DNA of 64,000 bases, taken from NCBI GenBank assembly GCA_965219415.1, contig CBDCNP010000002.1:5472001-5536000 (forward strand), given 5' to 3'. The notes below the pieces were generated by a model. That model was not told the origin of the DNA. It saw only the letters and a program-made list of their open reading frames with translations, and searched no databases. This DNA comes from Candidatus Marinacidobacterales bacterium (GTDB taxonomy: Bacteria > Acidobacteriota > Vicinamibacteria > Marinacidobacterales > DATDRI01). A program made the translations under genes and the position numbers. Positions 10,564 through 20,939 of the stretch are shown here, in pieces (the first letter of the stretch is position 1; each line of letters opens with the position of its first letter).

Positions 10564-11595
10564 ATGAAAGATACGACAATCGCTGTGGATCTTGCAAAGA
10601 ACGTCTTCGAGATTGCCATCTCGGGAGAAGCGGGGAAGGTGTCCAAGCAACTCCGTGTGAGTCGACCCAAATTGGTGTCGTTCTTTGCCAAACAGAGCGC
10701 TGCCACCGTGCTTCTCGAAGCCTGCGGCTCGGCTCACTTCTGGGCAAGGACGTTCCGAAGGTTGGGACACGACGTCGTCCTGCTCCCACCTCACCTCGTG
10801 AGGCCGTATCGACGCGGGAGCAAGAACGACCGCGCCGACACGAAGGCGTTGCTCGAGGCCTACAGGAACGAGGAGCTTCTTCCCGTACCCATCAAGTCCG
10901 TGCACCAGCACACCCTCGCTGCGCTCCATCGCCTGCGCTCAGGATGGCTCTCCACACGGACCGCACGCATCAATGCCGTACGCGGGCTCCTGCGCGAACT
11001 CGGATTCATCATCCCAAAGGGCGCTCACTTCGTCGTGCCCGCCCTCTTCGAACTCGTCGAAGACGCTGATTCTGATTTGCCCGACGTGCTCCGTTCGCAT
11101 CTCCGTGATGCCTGCTCCGAGATTCGAGAACTCAAGGACAAGTGCGCTAGCATCGAGCACGAGCTCAAGGCGCTCACCAAGCAGCTTCCTGAAGTCCAAC
11201 GACTTCTCGCCATTCCCGGCATCGGACTTCTGGCCGCGACCGCCATCGTGGGCTTCGTCGGCGATCTTCGCCGCTTCCCATCGGGGCGCCGCTTCTCGAG
11301 CTACCTCGGCCTAGTTCCCAAGGAAAACTCCAGTGGCGACATTCGCCGCCTCGGACGCATCACCAAGCGTGGCGACTCCTACCTCCGTATGCTCCTCACC
11401 CAGGGCGGGCGCGCCGTGCTCCGCGCGGCGAACGTCAGCAAGAGCCCGCCCGACAAGCTCCGCGCCTGGGCTCGGAAGGTCCACCGCTCGCGGGGACACA
11501 ACAAGGCCGTGATTGCTGTCGCCAACAAACTCGCCCGGATCGTCTGGGCCGTCTCCACCCGCGAGAGTGAATTCCAGTCGCCGGTGGCCGCTTAG
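10564..11595 (+). CDS. IS110 DEDD recombinase, 343 aa
   Basis: AVDLAK, LLEAC, KNDRAD, IPGIG, GLVPKENSSG, ITKRGDSYLR; RBS AGGAGG. Confidence 0.95.
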   Translation: MKDTTIAVDLAKNVFEIAISGEAGKVSKQLRVSRPKLVSFFAKQSAATVLLEACGSAHFWARTFRRLGHDVVLLPPHLVRPYRRGSKNDRADTKALLEAYRNEELLPVPIKSVHQHTLAALHRLRSGWLSTRTARINAVRGLLRELGFIIPKGAHFVVPALFELVEDADSDLPDVLRSHLRDACSEIRELKDKCASIEHELKALTKQLPEVQRLLAIPGIGLLAATAIVGFVGDLRRFPSGRRFSSYLGLVPKENSSGDIRRLGRITKRGDSYLRMLLTQGGRAVLRAANVSKSPPDKLRAWARKVHRSRGHNKAVIAVANKLARIVWAVSTRESEFQSPVAA

Positions 11596-11659
11596 ATTTA
11601 GAGGCTCCACTTTCGTGTTTTCCTTTTTCCCTTCCAAAAGAGGCTGCGACGATACCCAT

Positions 11660-11830
11660 CCAACTGATGGCGTACCGGTCGGACCGGCGCGGGGTCAAGC
11701 CAATAGCAACACTGGCCCTAAGAGGTCGTTCAAAGTGATTGGCTCCTCGCGCGCGGATTTTCCATCATGGCCCGGAGCACCCAAGACGCTCCTCACTGAG
11801 GCCGAAGATACGTTTGCAGTCTGACCCACT
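11660..11830 (+). ncRNA. Predicted bridge/seek RNA of the IS1111-type element (boundaries approximate)
   Basis: Stem GCCAAT/ATTGGC (11699-11743) encloses target-matching segments; second loop has TTCCATCAT (11760-11768) and AGATA (11806-11810) matching the circle junction. Confidence 0.8.
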
Positions 11831-12332
11831 CGTCACGACGCGATGGATGCGCAGCTTCGATGGAAGATTTATTAAGAAAGGGGCGTGACTAGAAAGAAAG
11901 GGGCTTGACTAGAGGAGTCCAGATATGTTGCTACGTGGCTGCGGGCAGTGGTACAGGTGCGGAAGAGAGCGGGTTGCGCGCCCCAGTGAGCAGGAAAACC
12001 TCGATCCGCAACCACAAAGGAATCGTCGTCGCCAAGAAGATGTCTCGAAAGGTGAGCCGTCGCGTTGGTGAGATCGGCCTGCACAGCCGGAGTTCAGATC
12101 TCACGTCCGAACTTCAGAGCTCCGTGCGGTCGGACGAAGTTGTAATAGCAACGGAGCAACTCCAGGGGTGCTTGCGCTGTTTACTGTTGGTGATGTGTAC
12201 GTATCCCGTTGCAAAAGAGTCTCTTACGCTCTATTTAGCGCGCAGCGAAGGTCACGAGCGCTATTTTGGCTGTAACTTAATGCACCGTAAAGTCTTAGCG
12301 TCATCTTACCAACACTTAATGGCGGAAGCACC

Positions 12333-12726
12333 AAACTGTGCATAAGTTGCCGTCCTCGCACGACGACGTAGACGAGCCGGCAACAGTAAACGGAGCAAGC
12401 ACCCCTACGCGGGCGTTGTGCGGATATGAAGAGGATGAAAGGAACGCTCCAAGGAACCGCACTCCTACTTGCGGTCACATGCGGTCTCCTGACATGGTTT
12501 CTCGCGGATGCCAATCCGCCTTTGGCCCAGGATGAAGCGACCCTCGGTATCTGCCTGAATAGCGAGCGCGAGCCTGTCGTACGAGTCGAAGCCTGCCGCA
12601 CCGCCGCCGAGCAGAGAAACGTCTCAACGCAATTCAACCTCGGCGGCATGTATTACAACGGCGAGGGCGTGCTGCAGAACGACGCCGAAGCAGTCAAGTG
12701 GTACCGTCTGGCCGCCAAGCAGGGGC
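12333..12726 (+). pseudogene. Truncated copy of the Sel1-repeat gene (upstream region, signal peptide, first repeat)
   Basis: Near-identical to the reverse complement of about 50975-51367; cut by end A on the left and IS3 on the right. Confidence 0.88.
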
Positions 12727-13300
12727 TGGGCTTGATCCGGTTTCGTGGACACTTTCTGAAAGGCGGATACGATGTCCACAGTGGCAAAGATAACGCAGCC
12801 GCGGCGACCCCGCCGGGAGTTTGATGACGAGTTCAAGGGAGGTGCGGTCCGGCTGGTGCTGGATGAGGGCCAGAGCGTGGGTCGGGTGGCCCACGAGCTT
12901 GACCTCACCGAATCTGCATTTCGCAACTGGGGTCCGTCAAGCCCGGGCCGATCGGACGAAGGGCCGGACGGGCTTGACGAGCGAGGAACGCGAGGAGCTG
13001 CGGCGGCTCCGCAAAGAGAACCGGCGGTTGCGGGTGGAGCGTGATGTGTTAAAAAAAGCCGCGGCACTGCTACGACAACGCCGTCATCGAGAGCTGGTTC
13101 TCCACGGTCAAGCACGAGCTTGGGGAGCACTTCCTCAGTTGCGGCGAGGCCAAGATGGCCCTCTTCGACTTCATCGAGGTATTCTACAACCAGAGACGAC
13201 GACACTCGACCCTCGGCCAGGTCAGTCCCGCCGAGTTTGAACGAACGGATGATGACTTCGCCAGCTTAACTAAACCGTCCACGAAACCGGATCAAGCCCA
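12727..13300 (+). mobile_element. Internally deleted IS3-family element
   Basis: IRs TGGGCTTGATCCGGTTTCGTGGAC / GTCCACGAAACCGGATCAAGCCCA; frameshifted orfA joined to the orfB tail CYDNAVIES..FYNQRRRHSTLG. Confidence 0.87.
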
Positions 13301-13357
13301 GCGTAGGTGTAGCGGCTCTGGACCGGAACGTCCCGGGACGGGTAAACTCGACACGGG

Positions 13358-13837
13358 ATGGAAAGGAGCGAAAAGAGGACGCACGTCAGAACAGCGGTCC
13401 CGAACGCATGGAAGACCATAGATCTGCCTGCGCGTAGAGCGTCCGTCACGCTCGATCGAGTGTTCTCCCGGGAGGAAATGGACCATATCCGCCAGGGAGT
13501 GATACCCGAGGTCATGGAAGACAAGTGGTTCATCTACTGGAAGGATGACGCGTTGTTCTTCCATCGGAGTTGGACCGGATTCTGCATTTACGTCGTACGT
13601 TTCGCCGCAGACGGGGGCACCTGGAGGATGATTCAGGCGGACGTGAATCGAGACCGTCGGCAGTACGAGGGAACGGATGACGACAGGGACGCGCGGTTGA
13701 TTTCGTACCTGATTGACGTGCTGTTGCTTAACAGACACGCGGAATTCCCACATACTGGTTCGTCTGCTGGAGAATCGGCGATCGCGAACTGGAGTCTGGT
13801 TGGCAGGGCCATGACGGGACGGCATCGATACGACTGA
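13358..13837 (+). CDS. Hypothetical protein (IPEVMEDKWFIY..FHRSWTG domain), copy 1
   Basis: 159-aa ORF conserved in frame in the diverged copy at 20460. Confidence 0.75.
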   Translation: MERSEKRTHVRTAVPNAWKTIDLPARRASVTLDRVFSREEMDHIRQGVIPEVMEDKWFIYWKDDALFFHRSWTGFCIYVVRFAADGGTWRMIQADVNRDRRQYEGTDDDRDARLISYLIDVLLLNRHAEFPHTGSSAGESAIANWSLVGRAMTGRHRYD

Positions 13838-13960
13838 GATATCGGCTTCGAACTCGCGGCGGACGCCGCCAAGTCGATGATGGTCTTTCTCTTGGGGAAC
13901 GACCATCGTCGGCAAGTCCAGCGGCGAGGCTTCGAGCAAATGCTAAACGCTTGGTGACGC

Positions 13961-15411
13961 TTGAGAACCTTCGTTTTATCCGGCATCCCCTCTCTACTCT
14001 GTGTTGCAGTTGCGTTCGCTCAGAGCGAGAGTGAGCGAGTCAGTCCCGTACTCCGTACGAGCGTCGCCTCCTCTCCATCCGACACCGAGCACGTCATTTG
14101 GATCTACTTCGGAGATAAAGGCGATACTGCGGCAAGGCTTGTAGAGGGCAAGAACCTCGTCTCCGAGCGAGCGCTCGATCGTCGCAGCCGCCGAGGAGTC
14201 GGGCGTTCATCGATCGATTTCGAAGACATCCCCCCTTTGCCGCGATACCTCGAGACCGTGCGGCTTCGCGTCGCACGAGTCCGCCATGTATTTCGTTGGT
14301 TCAATGCGGTGAGCGCGGAGGCGGATGGCTCTCAGATTGCGGAGCTTGCAACATTGCCTTTCGTTCGCCAAGTCGATCTCGTGCTGCGTTATCGCCGAGG
14401 GAGAAGCGAGCCAATGTATTCGACCGAGCCTGCGGGATCCCTTCGCGAGAAACCGTCTCGACTCACCATCGACTACGGGAATTCCTTCAGCCAACTCGAG
14501 CAGATCAACGTGCCGGCGCTTCACAATATGGGTCTCGACGGTGAGGGCATCGTGATCGCCGTCTTGGACACCGGATTCAAGAATCTTCTCCATCAGGCTT
14601 TCCAGCACCTCGATATCCAGGCTCGGTGGGATTTTGTCAATGGGAATCGGTCGGTGGCCAATGGCCGCGACCGAGGTGACGGCGACCACGGCAGCCGCGT
14701 TTTGTCCGTCTTGGGAGGTTACTCCGAGGGGGAACTGGTCGGGCCCGCTTACGCGGCGACGTTTCTACTCGCGAAGACCGAGGATACTGAGAGCGAGACG
14801 CCGGTGGAGGAGGACAACTGGGTCGCTGCCGCAGAATGGGCGGAGGCTCAAGGGGCCGATATCATCAGTACGTCCCTCGGCTACCTGGATTTCGACGCAC
14901 CGTTTTCCGACTACACGTTTCAGGACATGGATGGGGAGACGGCGATGACAACGGTTGCGGCACAAATGGCTGCCGAACGAGGTGTAGTGGTGGTGGCGTC
15001 CGCCGGCAACTCAGGTTTTCATCCCGATCGCAATACGCTTGCCGGACCTGCCGACGGCGAGCAGGTTCTCACCATCGGCGCGGTCGACTCTTTCGGCATC
15101 CGCGTCGATTTCAGCTCGGTTGGGCAGACCGCCGACGGGCGCATCAAGCCCGACGTCATGGCACAAGGTGCGTTGGTCAAGACGGTCGACCCGAATACCC
15201 CGGACCAGTATACGTTCTCGGACGGCACTTCGTTTTCTTGTCCTCTGGCGGCGGGTGTCACCGCTCTTGTTCTTCAAGCGCATCCCGATTGGACGGTGGC
15301 CCGCGTTCGACGAGCGATGCGCCTGACTGCGGATGGAGCGTCGCACCCCGACCGACACTCATGGGGTGGGGGATCATCGACGCCCTGCAGGCGGTTACCT
15401 TCACACCCTAG
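13961..15411 (+). CDS. Secreted S8 subtilisin-like serine peptidase with a C-terminal frameshift near 15355
   Basis: IAVLDTG, HGSRV, SAGN, IKPDVMA, GTSFSCP triad motifs; expected tail LMGWGIIDALQA lies in another frame. Confidence 0.9.
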
Positions 15412-15431
15412 CTAGTTCCTGTCCAGAAGCC

Positions 15432-16681
15432 TGTAAGGGATTGAGAAAAAAGGAGAAATCGCAAATTCAGGGCTAGTCTTCTGAGGGGGTGTCGATTAGG
15501 ATCGTGTCGTTGAAAACATCCGATTCTAAATGACTTAACTCCAAAGGAGACCAGCCCTAAATGCGAAAAACGATCAACCCACAGCCAAATCTACGTGCGC
15601 CCTGGCTGGAGCTGGAGCACGCACGCGAACTCGAAACGATCTCGTCGCCGCTCGATGCCCATCCTAAACTCAATGAGCTGGTACTGCAAGACCTGAAGTC
15701 GGTCACCCCATCGGCAGGGAGCGATGTTGGTCGTGGGGGAATGAGCACGGAGCAGGTTCTCCGGGCGTTGTTGGTCAAGCAGCTGAATCAGCTCAGCTAT
15801 CGGGAGCTGGCGTTTCACTTGGCAGACTCTCGAAGCTATCGGACGTTTTGCCAGCTCGGCATCATAGAGCCGACCCCGTCGAAGTCGACCCTAGCAGCAA
15901 ACATCAAAGCCGTGAAGTTCGAAACGCTGGAGCAGATCAACCGAGAGCTGGTGAGCGTTGCCGAGGATGCTGGGATCGAAAAGGGAAGAAAAGTACGAGT
16001 GGAACTGCACGGTAGTGGAATCAAACATTCATCCGCCTACAGACTCCGAGCTTCTTTATGACTGTGTTCGGGTTCTCACTCGCCTGATGTGCGGAGCTCG
16101 CGAACTGCTGGGTACAGTAGTGGTCTTCGGCAATCGAACGCGTCGAGCGAAGAGACGTCGACTGGGAGTTCTGAACGCGAAGGATAAGCAACAAAGGCGT
16201 CGCGTCTATCGAGATCTACTGAAGGTGACGGAAGAAACCTATCGCTCCGCTCAACGCGTTGCAGAACAGTTGGAAGAGTCGGGCTTGACCGAGCCTGTGA
16301 AGCGAGCGAGTACGGAGAGGATCGCCGCGGATTTTGCGCACTTTCTCGTCCTCACCAAGAAAGTCATCAACCAAACCCAACGCCGAGTGATCGACGAAGA
16401 GCGTGTGCCTGCAGAGGAAAAGGTCGTTTCTGCCTTTGATGGCTTCCAAGTTTGCCTTTGAAGAAAACGCGCCATCGTAGGCGACCTGGCGCGGGGCCCG
16501 CTCGTAGAGTTCGACTTGACGGTCGATCATGGTTTCCGCGAGAGTTGAATCGGCCGGATTCCCATCCAAGATCACGCAATCCAAAATCATCGAGGACGAA
16601 CCACCAGTCAGACACACCTTGTGACCGTAGAGGGTCTCGCGCCGGTCTTTGCGAATAATGTCGGTGTGTTCTTCGAAGACA
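15432..16681 (+). pseudogene. ISNCY/IS5-like transposase, frameshifted, truncated, with segment 16431-16681 inverted
   Basis: LSYRELAFHLADS, CTVVESNIHPPTDS, EEKVVS on plus; the continuation VFEEHTDIIRK..YGHK..GNPADS..AYDG is on minus. Confidence 0.8.
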
Positions 16682-16683
16682 AG

Positions 16684-16910
16684 ATCCCCGCGTCCTCGTA
16701 GACGGTCGGCAGCAGCACCCAGCCCTCCGCTTTGTGGCTCGCGACATATGCGGCGCAGGCTTCTCGCTGCGCATCGAGGGAGTTGAAATCCTGCTCAAGA
16801 CCCTCTTCCGCACTCTTTCGGGTATAGATGGCACAACGGATTTTCTTCATGCCAGGCCTTGCGCTTGGGCGTCAGACCGAAAAAGCGCGGCCCTGACCAG
16901 TGGGTGGCCA
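16684..16910 (-). pseudogene. DUF2924 C-terminus and large serine recombinase N-terminus fragments
   Basis: THWSGPRFFGL followed by MKKIRCAIYTRKS.EEGLEQDFNSLDAQREAC. Confidence 0.8.
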
Positions 16911-17960
16911 TGACCCGAGGAACAGCGCATTCTGGCGGGCAGTGAGGCAAGAGGCTCTCGAACCGTCGTATAGGTCTAGTGCGAGTCGGCCCCGCCCCGG
17001 TGCGACATCGATCCTCGGGGTGTTCGACGACGAGGGCTTCCTTCCTCTCCTCGGCTGCGCCAAGACTTGGTCGCCACCTCCCGGATACTGTGTGCAACCC
17101 CCGGACAATCCGATCAGTAACTTCGAGTACTATGCAGTGGCTGAAGACGGGGGGCTTGAGGCCGTTCATCAGGTCATGTTCGAGTCTATCGGTCTTCTTG
17201 GACCCGGTCCCCGCGCGCTCATGAATCAGGGCGTGCTTGTGTTCCAAGAGGATCAGTCGAACGAGTTCTACCTCGTGAGCGGACCCGACGTCAGCGGCGC
17301 CGATCTTGCGCTCGTTCAGGACGACCTGTTGGATGCGTTCACCGACGTCTTCGGTGGGGTTCCAGAGCCTTCGCGTATACGCGGATGGCACAGGTGGCGG
17401 GCTGCACGGTGAAGCCCGCTGGATAAGCCCCAAGGAGCGTTGGAGAGCGTCGTCCAGCTTCATCGTACGATGTCCCCACCGACACTGCGCTTCGTCGGCG
17501 GCATCCGAGTACCTGGCGGTTATCTCGGCATCGAAGGCTTCCTTCCCCGGCTGCGAGCACCTGAGGCGATTGAACTTTCGGTGGTCCTCGATGACCGCGC
17601 ACTCGCGTGCAAGCGAACCGATGAGGACGAATGGTCGCTCCCATCGGATCTCCCCAGCTCACTTCCCGTGCGGTGCAATGTCGTCGGGCGCTGGCAGTTT
17701 GGGGGCGGTGGCCACCGGACGAGCGAGCGTGTTCTCCACCTCATGTGTGCCACGGTCGACGACCACTTCCGTCCCCTGGCCTCGGGAAGCTATTTCATGG
17801 AGAGCTGCCGGCCCGGCCAGAAGCCAATTGTCGGCGGACAGCTCATTCCGCTAGGCATCACCACTGCCGACGGTGCGAGTAGCATCGATCTCGTCGATTA
17901 TGAGCCCTCGATTCGGTTCCTGGGACCCGGCCACGGTGAGTTGTCAATCAAGCGCAAGAC

Positions 17961-19398
17961 GAATGTGTGCCACTCTTAGTTGAAATTTGAAACGGCTCCC
18001 TCTCGGGTGGTTTGATGACGTTGTCAAAAGCGAAATCAAGCCGCTCAAGAAAGGAGCCGATATGGGAAGTCTGCTACGAAAGGTCAAGGAAGGCAAGAAG
18101 ACGCGTCGTCTAGGTGAAGTAGAGGTCATGGAGCAAGAGGGATACGGGGAGCTTGAGGTGGACTCGAAGGTCGAGATGATCCGCGCACTGGTGCCTCTCG
18201 GCCTGATGCAAGTTCACGAGTTGCTGGACGCCGAGGTCAGTGAGCTTGCGGGAGAGCGATACGTTCGGAAATCGGAGACGGTGCAGGGACGACGTCACGG
18301 GACGAATCCGGGCACGGTGAAACTCGCGGGTCAGCGAGTTCCGATCCGCGTTCCCCGTGTTCGCGGCCGCGACGGAGAGATCCCGTTGAGCTCGTACGAG
18401 AGTCTGAGTCACCGCGGAGAGGTGGACGAGTTGGTTCTACGAAGAGTGCTGTACGGGATCTCGTGCCGGAACTATGAGTCGGCGTCGGAATTGGTCCCGG
18501 GCGCGATCGGTCTGTCGAGTTCGTCGGTGTCGCGCGGCTTCGTCGAAGCAAGCGCAGCGAAGCTGCGTGAGATGCAGGAGCGTGATCTCTCGGGTGAGGA
18601 CGTGGTGGCGATGGTCCTGGACGGCAAGACGTTCGCCGACGCGACGATGGTGGTGGCTCTCGGCATCACGTTATCCGGGGACAAACGCTTCCTCGGCTTC
18701 GTGGAGACAGACACTGAGAACGAGCGTGTTCTTAGGCCGTTCCTGCGTTCATTGGTCGAGCGGGGTCTCGATATCTCTGAAGGGCTGCTGGTGGTCATCG
18801 ACGGCAGCAAGGGGCTGCGAGGAGCCGTGACCAAGGCCTTTCGCAGGCGGGTCGTCGTGGGCCGTTGCCAGTGGCACAAACGAGAGAATGTCGTGAGCTA
18901 TTTGTCCAAGAGCGAGCAGTCGTTGTGGCGCAAGCGGCTGCAGCGCGCGTACGGCCGGCCGACGCACAAGGAGGCGCTTGAGGCCCTCGAGCAACTCCAC
19001 CGCGAGCTGGAAGAGAGGAATCAGTCTGCGGCCTCTAGCCTCGAAGAGAGGCTGGAGGAGACCCTGACCTTGCATCGTCTTGGCGTGTACGGGGTGCTCG
19101 GTCACTCACTAAAGACGACGAACTGCATCGAGTCCGTCAATGCGCTTATCGAGGAACGTTGCGCGAAGGTCGATCACTGGAAGACTTCGAACCAACGCCA
19201 ACGCTGGCTCGCGACCGCGCTCACCGACATCGAGCCGCGCCTCCGGAAGGTGATGGGCTACCGACACCTTCCAAAGCTGCGTGAAGCGCTCAAGCGTGAA
19301 CTGAAGATCGAGACCGCGAAAAAGAATACGTCGAGGAAGAACGTTGCTTAAACGAACCGGGAGCCGTGGAAAATTTCAACTAAAAATGGGCTTGACTC
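17961..19398 (+). mobile_element. IS256-family element with 8-bp TSD CGCAAGAC
   Basis: TSD at 17953-17960 and 19399-19406; IR core TTAGTTGAAATT / AATTTCAACTAA. Confidence 0.93.
18062..19351 (+). CDS. IS256-family transposase
   Basis: VPRVR, VLDGK, VIDGSKGL, RCQWHK, KTTNCIES; RBS AAGGAG. Confidence 0.92.
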   Translation: MGSLLRKVKEGKKTRRLGEVEVMEQEGYGELEVDSKVEMIRALVPLGLMQVHELLDAEVSELAGERYVRKSETVQGRRHGTNPGTVKLAGQRVPIRVPRVRGRDGEIPLSSYESLSHRGEVDELVLRRVLYGISCRNYESASELVPGAIGLSSSSVSRGFVEASAAKLREMQERDLSGEDVVAMVLDGKTFADATMVVALGITLSGDKRFLGFVETDTENERVLRPFLRSLVERGLDISEGLLVVIDGSKGLRGAVTKAFRRRVVVGRCQWHKRENVVSYLSKSEQSLWRKRLQRAYGRPTHKEALEALEQLHRELEERNQSAASSLEERLEETLTLHRLGVYGVLGHSLKTTNCIESVNALIEERCAKVDHWKTSNQRQRWLATALTDIEPRLRKVMGYRHLPKLREALKRELKIETAKKNTSRKNVA

Positions 19399-20112
19399 CG
19401 CAAGACTGGCTTCGACTGGTTCGCATTGGGACCCAAGAACCATCCGGAACTCCTCGTATTCATCGGTAACGTTCGACGACCGACACCCCCTGCAGACATG
19501 CGATCCCCGGCAGACGGCGACCGTCGACACTGGCGGGCTGCTGTCGCCAAGGCCAGCGACGTGCGGGTTCGCACGCCAGATGGCTTATACCATGACGTTC
19601 ACGACTTCGCAGAAGTGTTGGCACTGCAACGTCATATGGTTTACCACAACCCGGCGCGAGACGCCCCGACCTGCCAGGCGACGGGGTTGGACACCATCGC
19701 AAGTGAATCACCTCATCGTAGCGAACCGCTCGACGCCACGGTAGCAGTGGCTGACGCACTGGCAGCGCTTTCGACCAGTCGAAGCGGGCTGCGGTATCGT
19801 ACGGTACAGCAACTGTTCGAAGACCTTACCGGGGTCAAAGACCATCGGTTGCACCATGAGTTGATTCGTGCGTGGACCGAGTGTGGTGCGTTCGACTTGG
19901 TGCAAAGTCAGTCCTATCGCTCGACGAGCCTCCTCGCCCGGCGGCCGCGGTTTGTGGTGGTCCGACGAGGGCCGTTACTCGAAGCCTCACTAATTGGACT
20001 CGTCACTCCGGCACGGGCAGCTCAGGTCCGTCGGCTCGCGCAAGAGCGGGGAGTGGTGGCCCACGAGGTGCAGCCGGGGTGTCCGTGGGCAGCCGACGAT
20101 CTGGAGAATTCG

Positions 20113-20260
20113 GGTGCTTCCGCCATTAAGTGTTGGTGAGATGACGCTAAGGCATTACGATGCATAAAATTACAGCCATCATCTATTATCGCTGTGCTCC
20201 GCAAAAAGTCTATCCAGCGTTAATTGCGCTGCCATGCTCGGCTGCTTCGTTTAGGAGTTC
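20113..20260 (+). repeat. End A2 (20113) followed by end E (TGTGCTCCGCAAAAAGTC, 20193)
   Basis: E recurs at 51473, 57632rc, 62848. Confidence 0.75.
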
Positions 20261-20459
20261 GGGCGCGCCAGCTGGACGGGACGGATGCTCTGGAGGAGAA
20301 CTCTGCTCGGGCTCGCCTATCGCAGAGCCAGTGCCGCGTCGGCGGGTCTCCGCGAATTTTAACAAGGCCTCAAGGATTCCAGCTTTCGGTTCTGTTCGCG
20401 TTTTCGGATACGACGGGCTCTGGACCGGAACGTCCCGGGACGGGTAATATCGACACGTG

Positions 20460-20939
20460 ATGGGAAGGAGCGAAAAGGGGACGCACGTCAAAACAGCGGT
20501 CCCGAGCGCATGGAAGACCAGCGATCTGCCTGCGCGCAGAGCGTTCGTAACGCTCGACCGAGTGTTCTCGCGGGAGGAAATGGACCATATCCGCCAGGGA
20601 GTGATACCCGAGGTCATGGAAGACAAGTGGTTCATTTACTGGAAGGATGACGCGTTGTTCTTTCATCGAAGTTGGACCGGGTTCTGCATTTACGTCGTAC
20701 GTTTCGCCGCAGACGGAGACACCCGGAGGATGATTCAGGCGGACGTGAATCGAGACCGTCGGCAGTACGGGGAGACGGATGACGACGGGGACGCGCGGTT
20801 GATTTCGTACCTGATTGATGTGCTGTTGCTTGGTAGACACGCGGAATTCCCACATGCCGGTTCGGACCCTGGAGAATCGGCGATCGCGAACTGGAGTCTG
20901 GTTGGCAGGGCCATGATGGGACGGCATCGACCCGACTGA
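20460..20939 (+). CDS. Hypothetical protein, copy 2 of 13358-13837
   Basis: Same length and motifs, roughly 90% identical by eye including flanks. Confidence 0.75.
   Translation: MGRSEKGTHVKTAVPSAWKTSDLPARRAFVTLDRVFSREEMDHIRQGVIPEVMEDKWFIYWKDDALFFHRSWTGFCIYVVRFAADGDTRRMIQADVNRDRRQYGETDDDGDARLISYLIDVLLLGRHAEFPHAGSDPGESAIANWSLVGRAMMGRHRPD

Larger units (their letters stand above)
10483..11927 (+). mobile_element. IS110-family element, IS1111 group
   Basis: Sub-terminal IRs TGGACTCCTC / GAGGAGTCCA; only the core TG is duplicated; removing it restores end A1 exactly; short left end and about 330-bp 3' non-coding region. Confidence 0.93.
10463..12332. mobile_element. Non-autonomous element A (about 425 bp without the insert) carrying the IS110 in its terminal repeat
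   Basis: TIR GGTGCTTCCGCCAT(C/T)AAGTGTTG at both ends; minus strand keeps a transposase C-terminus LELLRCYYNFVRPHGALKFG..TPAVQA. Confidence 0.8.
16900..20111 (+). pseudogene. Large unknown protein, frameshifted and interrupted by IS256, truncated at both ends
   Basis: ORFs 16900-17412, 17440-17960 and 19407-20100 are collinear; reading ..IKRKT continues as GFDWFALGPK across the TSD. Confidence 0.7.

Noticed and set aside
4860-15411. Programmed frameshifting or phase variation at the 2-bp insertions (5215, 15355)
   Set aside because: No long repeat tract or slippery site; cannot be distinguished from sequencing error or drift
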